Positions 27,864-36,222 of a stretch of DNA of 61,050 bases are shown one piece after another (positions within the stretch are counted from its first letter, which is position 1; the number at the start of each line of letters is the position of its first letter). Source of the stretch: Syntrophaceae bacterium UBA5764. GTDB lineage: Bacteria; Desulfobacterota; Syntrophia; Syntrophales; Smithellaceae. The DNA is taken from NCBI GenBank assembly GCA_002418825.1, contig DIEW01000042.1:5527-66576 (forward strand), written 5' to 3'. The position numbers were made by a program, and so were the translations under genes. The notes below the pieces were generated by a model that saw only the letters and a list, made by a program, of their open reading frames with translations, ran no database searches and had not been told where the DNA came from.

Positions 27864-29666
27864 ATGATTTTTGACGTCATTATTCCCACATTCCACCGAT
27901 ATGAACTGCTGACCGAGGCTCTGGAAAGCGTTAAAAACCAGACCTATTCTAACTGGCACTGCTGGATTGCTGAAGATGGCTCGACGGGTAAAACCCGTTC
28001 CGCTATTGAGCCTTTTTTAAAGGACAAACGATTCCATTACCTTCCAGGAGAGCATGCCGGGACACCGGCAGCGCCGCGTAACAGAGCGCTTAAAGCGGGT
28101 AGCGCTCCTTATATAGCTTTTCTTGACGATGACGATATATGGCTTCCAGAAAAATTGCAGCAGCAAGCCGAATTCATAGAAAATCATCCCCGGTGCATTC
28201 TCCTCGGCAGCAACGCTTTCATCATGGAAGAGAATCAGGATTACCGGAAAGATTCTCTGTCGATCTATTTCCAGAAAGCACCGTTCGGGAAAGTACCCTA
28301 TAGGAAGATTGTCCAGGATGATTATTTCATCAACTCTTCGGCTGTTATTAAGCGCTCCGTTCTGAAGTACGCGGGCTATCAGAATGAAACTCTACACAAG
28401 GGGCCGGATGGAGAAGACCATGACCTCTGGCTCAGAATCGGACTTTTTGGAGAAATGTGGTTGATGGAGTCTCCTCTGATTATTTACAGATACGTTCCTT
28501 CCAAAAACGCTTCTACTGAATCCGCTTTGGACAAAAGACGGGAAGCTTACAAATCAAGATTTAAAATATACCAATCGGCCTTGGACGGCGTTGGAGATGT
28601 GCCCAGTCCGCTTCATTACCCGGAACACGACCGGCAGGAACATTTATGCAGGCGTGAAAAATATTTCTACGCTGCCGGGCCCCGCTTTCTGGGAAGACTT
28701 CGGCACAATATCTTCTCCCGCCTTGCCGATATCTTCTCCTTGCCGTCAACAAAACAAGAACAACAAAACAAAGCAATTTATGCCTATGAGAAATGTAAAT
28801 CCCGCTGGAACAAAATAGACAACCCTTGCGGCATCGAGTGCATCGTTTTCTCCAAAGACAGGGCATTGCAACTTCACGGCCTGCTGTCAACATTCAGGCA
28901 AAAAGTCATTCCCTGTGTGCCCATCTACGTGCTTTATCTGGCCTCCTCGTCATTGCATCAAAAGGCATATGACGACGTGAAAGAGATATTCACAAATCAG
29001 GGTGTCCGCTTCATTCAACAAAAAAATAATCGTTCATTCAAGCAGGATCTGATGGAAATTATTTTCTCTCTGACCGGTGATATTCTTTTTTTCCTGGTTG
29101 ATGATATCCTCTTCACGGAATCGGTCGATCTTAACGATATTTTAAAACTCGACCTTGACGAATTTGTGCCCAGCTTACGCATGGGGGAAAATATTGCCAG
29201 ATGTTACGTTCTGCAGAAACCTCAAAAAATGCCTCTTTTTTTGAATCACGAAGCAGCCGAGGGGGACAAAATTGTCTGGCAATGGAGTGCCGGAGAGATG
29301 GACTGGAATTACCCTTTGTCCGTTGACGGGCATTTTTTCGCCAGGAGGGAAATGACAGCGATGGCAGCGCTCATTTCCTTTGATGCGCCAAATTCATTTG
29401 AAAATCAGCTCCAGATATTTCGGCCATGGTTTCTCAACCGTTACGGTATCGGATATAAAAAATCGAAAATTATGAATATCCCCTGCAACCGTGTTCAAAC
29501 AGAGGTGAACAACCTCTCCGGAAATATTGATGCCGCCGAAATGCTCGCGCAATGGCAACAAGGATATCAGATCGATTACAAAAAATTGTTCGGTATGATA
29601 AATGAAAGCGTTCACCAAGAAATTGTGTTGCCTCTTACTCTGAGACAACGCATAGAACAAAAATAA
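27864..29666 (+). CDS. Two-domain glycosyltransferase: an N-terminal GT2 domain plus a ~280-aa C-terminal domain of unrecognised family
   Basis: N-terminal motifs: FDVIIPTFHRYELLTEALESVKNQTY ... FLDDDD. The C-terminal part begins around IECIVFSKDRALQLHGLL and has its own acidic motif, FFLVDDILF. No SD precedes the ATG. Confidence 0.75.
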   Translation: MIFDVIIPTFHRYELLTEALESVKNQTYSNWHCWIAEDGSTGKTRSAIEPFLKDKRFHYLPGEHAGTPAAPRNRALKAGSAPYIAFLDDDDIWLPEKLQQQAEFIENHPRCILLGSNAFIMEENQDYRKDSLSIYFQKAPFGKVPYRKIVQDDYFINSSAVIKRSVLKYAGYQNETLHKGPDGEDHDLWLRIGLFGEMWLMESPLIIYRYVPSKNASTESALDKRREAYKSRFKIYQSALDGVGDVPSPLHYPEHDRQEHLCRREKYFYAAGPRFLGRLRHNIFSRLADIFSLPSTKQEQQNKAIYAYEKCKSRWNKIDNPCGIECIVFSKDRALQLHGLLSTFRQKVIPCVPIYVLYLASSSLHQKAYDDVKEIFTNQGVRFIQQKNNRSFKQDLMEIIFSLTGDILFFLVDDILFTESVDLNDILKLDLDEFVPSLRMGENIARCYVLQKPQKMPLFLNHEAAEGDKIVWQWSAGEMDWNYPLSVDGHFFARREMTAMAALISFDAPNSFENQLQIFRPWFLNRYGIGYKKSKIMNIPCNRVQTEVNNLSGNIDAAEMLAQWQQGYQIDYKKLFGMINESVHQEIVLPLTLRQRIEQK

Positions 29667-29778
29667 AAGTTATGGTATTTTTAACCAAACCCAGATTTCC
29701 GCGTTGTGGGCATGAGACTTGCTCAGCTTTCGACTGCCTCGGCGAGGGTTTAATTTTGATTAAGGAAAACAATCATTA

Positions 29779-30768
29779 GTGATGCTTGATGTAAAACTAT
29801 CTGTACCTTTTTTGTCAATTACACGCCAAACCCCAGGTCAAAAAGGGTTCTGGAATGATTGTCGTTTTTTTTGCAATATCAATGTGAAACGCTGCGACTA
29901 CTGGTTTGTGCTCGAGGGCCTCTATGATAAGAAAAAGGAAACAACAATCTGCCCGAAAGAAAATGTGGTTTTTATTACCGGAGAACCACCCACGCTAAAA
30001 ACTTACAGCAGAGAATTTTTACATCAGTTCGCCGCTGTGATTACTTGCCACAAAGATATCGATCACCCCAAGCCAATTTTCCAGCAGTCGGGGATGCCCT
30101 GGCATATAGGCAGAAGACAAAAAAACCATTTAAACATTGAATTTTCAAAAAATTATGACAAACTCAAAGAGATGGCAACTATCCCCAAAACAAAACTGTT
30201 GTCCGTTATTTCCTCCTCGAAAGTGATGAGCGAGGGGCACCGTAAAAGATATGAGTTCGCCCTGCGTCTAAAAGACCATTTCGGGCACAAAATCGACCTG
30301 TTCGGAAGAGGGCTCAATGAAATCGAAGACAAATGGGATGCCCTTGCCGATTATAAATATCATGTGGCTTTGGAAAACAGCGCGGTTGATGATTACTGGA
30401 CGGAAAAACTCGCCGATGCTTTCCTGGCGGGATGTCATCCCCTTTACTACGGCTGCCCGAATATTAACCGATATTTTGCTCCGGCTTCTCTGACCCCGAT
30501 CGATCTAAACTACCCGGAAAGAGCCATCTCCGTTATTGAGGAGTGCCTCGCCCAAAACAGGTTCGAAAGCTCAAAAGATTTAATTTGGGAATCCCGAACA
30601 AGAGTATTGGACCGCTATAACCTCTTCGCTTTGATTGCTGAATACATCGCAGCGGACAGAAAAAATGCTGCCGAATCATCGCGTTCTTATGTAAAAGTAA
30701 CCATCAGAAAAGAGGCTTCAGCGTCAAATTTATTTTACCAATTCAAGAAAAACATTCTATCGCGTTGA
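29779..30768 (+). CDS. GT10-like glycosyltransferase (alpha-1,3/4-fucosyltransferase fold)
   Basis: YKYHVALENSAVDDYWTEKLADAFLAGCHPLYYGCPNI resembles the GT10 signature (ENS...Y.TEK...G.VP.Y.G). The start is GTG 29779 or ATG 29782. Confidence 0.6.
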   Translation: MMLDVKLSVPFLSITRQTPGQKGFWNDCRFFCNINVKRCDYWFVLEGLYDKKKETTICPKENVVFITGEPPTLKTYSREFLHQFAAVITCHKDIDHPKPIFQQSGMPWHIGRRQKNHLNIEFSKNYDKLKEMATIPKTKLLSVISSSKVMSEGHRKRYEFALRLKDHFGHKIDLFGRGLNEIEDKWDALADYKYHVALENSAVDDYWTEKLADAFLAGCHPLYYGCPNINRYFAPASLTPIDLNYPERAISVIEECLAQNRFESSKDLIWESRTRVLDRYNLFALIAEYIAADRKNAAESSRSYVKVTIRKEASASNLFYQFKKNILSR

Positions 30769-31713
30769 TTCGTCGTAGCAGTAATCCTTAATAATCTCAT
30801 TTAAAAACGCTTTTCCGGTAGCGTTATTGTAGTGGTAAGGATCACCACGGTAAAAGCCTTCTCTTGCCGAATATTTACTGCTAGAAAAATCATATATATT
30901 CGGGAAAATAGTTTTCATCTCCTTCTGCCATTTCACGAATAACTCGTAAGCTTCAAGTTGCCGAAGAGCAATAAGCACATCGGAATTTTTCGGATTTATA
31001 AAAACAGCATAGGGAATATTTTTCTCCTCAAGCAATTCTTTGATTTTCCGGACATAGTCCATTCGCCGATCGGAAAAGGAAATCTTATCATAATGGTGCT
31101 TTACCAATCCTTTGAGAATATCATTATATTGTTTTTCGTATTGCTGCGGATCGTCCGACAAAGACTTTTGTGCGTCCCCGGGATAGATGAACTGACCGTT
31201 TTCTTTCATGCAATGTGACACTTCTCCTTTGTACCACTTTTCCACTGTTTTCCAGGAAAGCTTCAAAATATTCGCGCCCAGCAAATATTCCGCCACACTG
31301 TAGGTTACATCGTCCCAGTCAGTTATATTTACAAAAGGAAATTGTCGTTCATTGAACATGTAAAAATCAAATCCAATGAGTACCAGTTTTTCGTCGCGCA
31401 GGTATTTTTTAAGATAAAAAAATATTTCTTCGGGGACCGTTGCGCGCAGGGAGGCATTGTAGAACCGGTAACAGGAAAGAGCATCAGGGTCAATATAGCC
31501 TGTTTTGCTCGAACCAATAATAACAGCTTGATGAACATACTTCAATATGGCGTCTTTTGCCTGACGCTCGTCACAAAAATAAATTCCTGTTTTGTTATTG
31601 CCCATCAAGTTATAGGGGTCCACAATATAATTAAAAAAGGCGGCAAGAAGCAGGAATACTGAAATAATTATGACAGAAGTTTTAAAGTATTTATTATAAT
31701 TAAATTGCGGCAT
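30757..31713 (-). CDS. DltD/PatB/AlgJ-like SGNH-type partner of the adjacent MBOAT, membrane-anchored
   Basis: 318 aa with an N-terminal TM helix. It has a Ser motif VIIGSSKTG and a C-terminal GDPYHYN (D-x-x-H). It lies 3 nt downstream of the MBOAT gene. Confidence 0.55.
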   Translation of the reverse strand: MPQFNYNKYFKTSVIIISVFLLLAAFFNYIVDPYNLMGNNKTGIYFCDERQAKDAILKYVHQAVIIGSSKTGYIDPDALSCYRFYNASLRATVPEEIFFYLKKYLRDEKLVLIGFDFYMFNERQFPFVNITDWDDVTYSVAEYLLGANILKLSWKTVEKWYKGEVSHCMKENGQFIYPGDAQKSLSDDPQQYEKQYNDILKGLVKHHYDKISFSDRRMDYVRKIKELLEEKNIPYAVFINPKNSDVLIALRQLEAYELFVKWQKEMKTIFPNIYDFSSSKYSAREGFYRGDPYHYNNATGKAFLNEIIKDYCYDESTR

Positions 31714-31716
31714 AGT

Positions 31717-33264
31717 TTAAAACTGAAAATAAATAAATTCACTTGCTCTGCTCAAAAAAAGAATGGAGACAAGAGCGCATATAACACAAACCGCCGCCCA
31801 AAAATACGACGGTTTCCAGGTAAACCATCTCGACGGTTTGGGCAATTCTTTTTCCTTGGCCATAATGTTCAAGTAGGGCACATAACTGCCCATCATCTGT
31901 TGAACATTAGGAGCAAACCAAACAATCAAAAGGGCAACAGCAATGTACACCACCTCATTGCTTCCCTGGAAAAAGTGCATGTGGTGGAAGCTCACCCCCC
32001 ACTGTTCAAGTTGAGTTGCCAAGGGGGAAAATTTGATCAAATATTTTTCCGGCAAGGCGAAACCGTTCAGGCCGGCCATAGACTTAATAATATTGAACGC
32101 GGTGGTGGTGTTGTCAGCCCTAAAAAAAACCCAAGCCACAGTAACGGCAACGAAAGTAATGGCTCCCGAAAGCAACCGCGTCGCCCATCCACCCTGGCTG
32201 CGATAGCCGAACCGTTTTTTGAGTTTGAGCCATAAATGGTTAATGACTAGGAAAACACCATGTAAGCCGCCCCATAGAACAAACGTCCATGAGGCGCCAT
32301 GCCACAACCCCCCCAGCAGCATCGTAACCATGATGTTTATAAAACGCCTGGCCTCACCTTTGCGGTTGCCACCTAGCGGAATATAAAGATAGTCCCGTAA
32401 AAAACGGGAAAGCGAAATATGCCAACGGCGCCAAAAATCAATGATGTTTAAGGACTTGTAAGGCGAATGAAAATTCAGCGGTATGCGGATACCAAAAAGA
32501 TAAGCCAAACCAATAGCCATGTCGGAATAACCTGAAAAGTCAAAATAAATTTGCAGGGTATAAGCCAGCGCTCCTTCCCATGCCTCCAGAAAAGAGAGCA
32601 CGTACTGATGCGCCGCCGCGTCAAACACAGGCGTGGCATAACGGGCTAAGTTGTCTGCAATAATTACCTTTTTGAAAAGACCAAAAAAGAAAGTGGTCAT
32701 GCCCACCGATACCGTCTGCGGGTTGAAATGAAATATTTCTTTTTGCACAAACTGCGGCATCATTTCCCGGTGGTAAACAATCGGACCTTGAATAAGCCGG
32801 GGAAAGAAAGTGACAAAGAGACAATAATTCAGAAAATTCTGTTCCAGACTTTTACCATGATAAACGTCAACCAGATATGAAATTTGCTGAAAGGTAAAAA
32901 ACGAAACGGCCAGGGGAAGAACTATCGGGGCCAAATTAAACTGAAAACCGGTCAGGAATAAAATGTTATCGGCAAAAAAATTGGCGTACTTGAAATAGCC
33001 CAGAAGACCCAGGTTGACCATAACTCCTATAGCCAGAAGTACCTTGGAGCCCCGGCTTACGACTATACCCCAATAGTAATTAAATAAAATCGAACCAATG
33101 ATGATAATAAGGCAAACAGGGTTCCACCAGCCATAAAAAACGAGGGAAACAACCACCAGCCACGCTATTGCCCAAGGATATCGGCCGGAACGGCCAATGA
33201 GAAAAAATCCCATCAGCGCAATCGGCAAAAAAACCAAAATAAAAACATGAGAATTAAACAGCAT
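31717..33264 (-). CDS. Membrane-bound O-acyltransferase (MBOAT; AlgI/DltB/PatA family)
   Basis: 515 aa, polytopic. FWRRWHISLSRFLRDYLYIPLGGNR ... LLGGLWHGASW contains the conserved MBOAT histidine region. Confidence 0.85.
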   Translation of the reverse strand: MLFNSHVFILVFLPIALMGFFLIGRSGRYPWAIAWLVVVSLVFYGWWNPVCLIIIIGSILFNYYWGIVVSRGSKVLLAIGVMVNLGLLGYFKYANFFADNILFLTGFQFNLAPIVLPLAVSFFTFQQISYLVDVYHGKSLEQNFLNYCLFVTFFPRLIQGPIVYHREMMPQFVQKEIFHFNPQTVSVGMTTFFFGLFKKVIIADNLARYATPVFDAAAHQYVLSFLEAWEGALAYTLQIYFDFSGYSDMAIGLAYLFGIRIPLNFHSPYKSLNIIDFWRRWHISLSRFLRDYLYIPLGGNRKGEARRFINIMVTMLLGGLWHGASWTFVLWGGLHGVFLVINHLWLKLKKRFGYRSQGGWATRLLSGAITFVAVTVAWVFFRADNTTTAFNIIKSMAGLNGFALPEKYLIKFSPLATQLEQWGVSFHHMHFFQGSNEVVYIAVALLIVWFAPNVQQMMGSYVPYLNIMAKEKELPKPSRWFTWKPSYFWAAVCVICALVSILFLSRASEFIYFQF

Positions 33265-33333
33265 ATAAAGTTATATATCCCGAGAAATGGCGTCAGTTTT
33301 TTTCCGGTTAATTTGTCACCGCCACACTGATAG

Positions 33334-33361
33334 TATATACTCTTAAAAACGTTGTCATCAA
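33334..33361 (-). promoter_or_regulatory. Possible internal promoter in front of the MBOAT gene
   Basis: The minus strand has TTGATG (33361-33356), a 16-bp spacer, then TATATA (33339-33334), within the 97-bp gap. Confidence 0.3.
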
Positions 33362-34162
33362 TTAGCTGTTTCCCATCATCTTTTTTATTTCGGCAGCATA
33401 AAGACGGCCAACTATCTTACCGCCGAATTCAGTATAGTGGCTGGGTGGCAAACCTGGCTCTTCTTTCTGAATGATTCTTTTTTGACGATAATTTTTAAGG
33501 ATAACGGAAGGGTCAAAAAAGGGAATCTCTTTTTCTCGTGTGATAGTCCGGAGAAGCTGAATCAGCTCGCTCCGTCTTTCCAGAACGACCGGTTTCGGCC
33601 CGGTTATCTGCCGTTGCGGGATGGATGATCTAAAAGAAAAAAAACAGCGAAGAGGCCCTAATCTTTCTGAGGCGTCACCGTTTATGGCGGCATTTATGTG
33701 CGATACGATGAGAACTTTTCTCGGCTGTACGAAACGAACAATCTTATCAATATCATTGGATATTTCTTCGGCTTGCTGATATTCCACTTTCGTGTCCCGC
33801 AAAACCGGCGTTGGACTTTCCAGATAAAAATGAAATCGTTTGTCCACAGCCAAATGATGCAGATAATATCCCTGATAAAGATATTTTGTCATCGAAGAAA
33901 TTTCGATTACAAACAGGTCGGCTTCATCGAATTGTTCCAAAAATTTGTCGGAATATTCCACAGGCCGGCGATTGATAATCGAAGTACGAAAGCAGACACG
34001 ATTAACAGGATCGGGAATCTTAACTTGTTTGGTAATGAAACGTAGAAGCTGCAAAATCTCTTTCGTTGAATGAACAAAGGAAATAGCGTCATCAAAATCG
34101 GTGCAGCTGTAGTGTTTTCTGATAAATGACACTCTGCATGTCCCAAGCAAAGCAACTTTCAT
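33362..34162 (-). CDS. Hypothetical protein with only a weak GSCFA/WcbI-like N-terminus
   Basis: 266-aa soluble-looking ORF. MKVALLGTCRVSF..., FDEADLFVIEISS and LIVSHIN faintly recall GSCFA/WcbI-type proteins. I cannot make a firm family call. Confidence 0.5.
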   Translation of the reverse strand: MKVALLGTCRVSFIRKHYSCTDFDDAISFVHSTKEILQLLRFITKQVKIPDPVNRVCFRTSIINRRPVEYSDKFLEQFDEADLFVIEISSMTKYLYQGYYLHHLAVDKRFHFYLESPTPVLRDTKVEYQQAEEISNDIDKIVRFVQPRKVLIVSHINAAINGDASERLGPLRCFFSFRSSIPQRQITGPKPVVLERRSELIQLLRTITREKEIPFFDPSVILKNYRQKRIIQKEEPGLPPSHYTEFGGKIVGRLYAAEIKKMMGNS

Positions 34163-34170
34163 AATTATCT

Positions 34171-34998
34171 TTACTGTAATATCTCCAATTTTGATAGCGA
34201 CCCATGAACCGCCAAAAAGTTAGTGGTCCGGAACTGCTCAAAAATTTCCTTATACTGAGTAATGGGATACAGGTACCCTGACGGTGTAATGCGAAACAAG
34301 TCCATTCGGACATTCTTAAAAAAATAGAAAAAGTCCTGAAAAAAGGTCCGAGTATCGATGTTGCAGCCGCCGAATTCAAAAATCACCAGCTTGACAGCAC
34401 CCGCTTCAAACATCCGATGTCCTCCGGCCTGCAATACATCCAGCTCATGACCTTCCACGTCAACCTTCATCAAATCAATCCGGCGAACACCATTAACCTC
34501 ACAGTAATGATCCAAGGTATCAATACGGACAGTCTGGCTCTGCGAGAAGTCAACACCTAAATGGTCCAGCCGCCTCTTGGTCAAAGAGGCAATTTGCGAT
34601 CCCGGTTCGTTATAATAGAGAGTTACCTCTCCAACCTCTTTACCCAGCCCTACAGGGTTTAATATGACAGAGGCGTTATTTGCTCTCTTGCCGCGGCTGA
34701 GCTCGGCAAAAGCTTGAGGCGAAGGTTCAAAACAATGGATACTGTATTCTCCCGCGGCCATTTTCGACATCACCAGATTCAGAAACTGCCCGGTGTTCGC
34801 ACCGACGTCGAAAATGCAATAGGGCGCCGGCAAGAGCTTGAGCATTCTGCCAACAACCACCATCTCCCCGCTACTGCACACGTCGCCGCCGGAACCGATA
34901 CCCATAACCTCAGCGGTTTTTCTGTTAACATATTCATAAAATTTCTGCGCGAACCGGTTACCGGAAATGATCGTGACTATTTTCCCTGCTCTCGACAC
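34171..34998 (-). CDS. FkbM-family methyltransferase
   Basis: IFDVGANTGQFLNLV ... HCFEPSPQAF ... LMKVDVEGHELDVL. Confidence 0.8.
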   Translation of the reverse strand: MSRAGKIVTIISGNRFAQKFYEYVNRKTAEVMGIGSGGDVCSSGEMVVVGRMLKLLPAPYCIFDVGANTGQFLNLVMSKMAAGEYSIHCFEPSPQAFAELSRGKRANNASVILNPVGLGKEVGEVTLYYNEPGSQIASLTKRRLDHLGVDFSQSQTVRIDTLDHYCEVNGVRRIDLMKVDVEGHELDVLQAGGHRMFEAGAVKLVIFEFGGCNIDTRTFFQDFFYFFKNVRMDLFRITPSGYLYPITQYKEIFEQFRTTNFLAVHGSLSKLEILQ

Positions 34999-35077
34999 TG
35001 TATTCGCCTTTGCTTAAAAAATTATAAGGATTTATTGTTTTTACAATATCCGTTTCCCCTGCCGAAGACAAAAACTT

Positions 35078-35938
35078 TCAAGCAATGTTTTCTATCCTCT
35101 TCGCGGCCTCGATTGTATTCTTCATCAACATAGCGATGGTCATGGGCCCTACGCCACCGGGCACGGGTGTAATGTACGACGCTTTAGCCGCTACTTCTTC
35201 AAAAGCCACATCGCCGCTAAGCTTGCCGTCATCCAAACGATTAATTCCCACGTCAATAACAACAGCGCCTTCTTTAACCATATCCGCCGTAATCATGTGA
35301 GCTTTACCCACAGCAGCAACCAAAATATCCGCACGAGAAGTAATGGCCGACAATTTATTTGTTTTAGAATGACACACGGTGACTGTGGCGTGTTGAGCCA
35401 AAAGCAACAACGCCATGGGTTTGCCAACAATATTGCTACGGCCAACAATTACCGCTTCTTTACCAGAAATCGCGATACCGGTGCGGGAAATCAACTCCAT
35501 AATGCCCCGGGGTGTACACGGAACAAAGAAGGGTGAACCCGCCATCAGGGCTCCAACATTGTAAGGATGAAATCCGTCTACATCTTTGTGCGGGTCAATT
35601 GCGGCAATCACGCTGTCAACGGAAACTCGCTTGGGCAACGGCAGCTGAACAAGAATGCCGTGAATCGATTTATCCCTATTTAGTTCATTAATTAGTTCAA
35701 GAATTTTCCCCTCCGCCGCGTCTTCAGGCAATTTATATTTTCGCGACAAAAAACCTATTTCCTTACAAGCTTGCTCTTTTTTTCTCACATAAATTTCGGT
35801 CGCCGGATCGTTTCCCACCAGCACAACGGCAAGTCCCGGAACAATCCCTTTGCTGCTCTTAAGCGCCGCAGTTTCTGCTCGAATTGCTTCACGAATTCCA
35901 CCTGCTATCTTATTTCCGTCAATAACAACTGCCATCAA
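35078..35938 (-). CDS. folD: Bifunctional methylenetetrahydrofolate dehydrogenase / methenyl-THF cyclohydrolase
   Basis: 286 aa. PGLAVVLVGNDPATEIYVRKK, HGILVQLPLP, VIVGRSNIVGKPMALLL and ITPVPGGVGPMTIAMLM. Confidence 0.95.
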   Translation of the reverse strand: MMAVVIDGNKIAGGIREAIRAETAALKSSKGIVPGLAVVLVGNDPATEIYVRKKEQACKEIGFLSRKYKLPEDAAEGKILELINELNRDKSIHGILVQLPLPKRVSVDSVIAAIDPHKDVDGFHPYNVGALMAGSPFFVPCTPRGIMELISRTGIAISGKEAVIVGRSNIVGKPMALLLLAQHATVTVCHSKTNKLSAITSRADILVAAVGKAHMITADMVKEGAVVIDVGINRLDDGKLSGDVAFEEVAAKASYITPVPGGVGPMTIAMLMKNTIEAAKRIENIA

Positions 35939-36222
35939 TTTTCACTACAAATTATAATTGTTTAATGTAAAACTACCCGACAAAAGGAGCACCCCTGCCT
36001 AAAGCCACAAAAATACTTTCAACCCGTTGCCTCAACCAAACTGCCATTAATCATCAGGAAGATCGCGAACCAAATGGCCTAGTTAACACTATTTCAATAT
36101 AAGTCAAAAAAGCAGCGCTGGCAAGCAAAAACACTTCCCTGTTATCAATAGTCAAGTAGCTATTTTTTTCTTTATCCGACTATTCTAAAACCAGATATTA
36201 TTTGATTTTGGCCATTACCTCT

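Noticed and set aside
35939-36222. Possible ZTP (pfl) or THF riboswitch in the 284-bp gap upstream of folD
   Set aside because: folD is a classic ZTP-riboswitch target, so I looked on the minus strand for the conserved GGGTCGTGAC...CCGGGCGGA...CCGCCTGGGC-type elements and found nothing similar. The gap remains unexplained, but I cannot support an RNA element. An Infernal scan would settle it.
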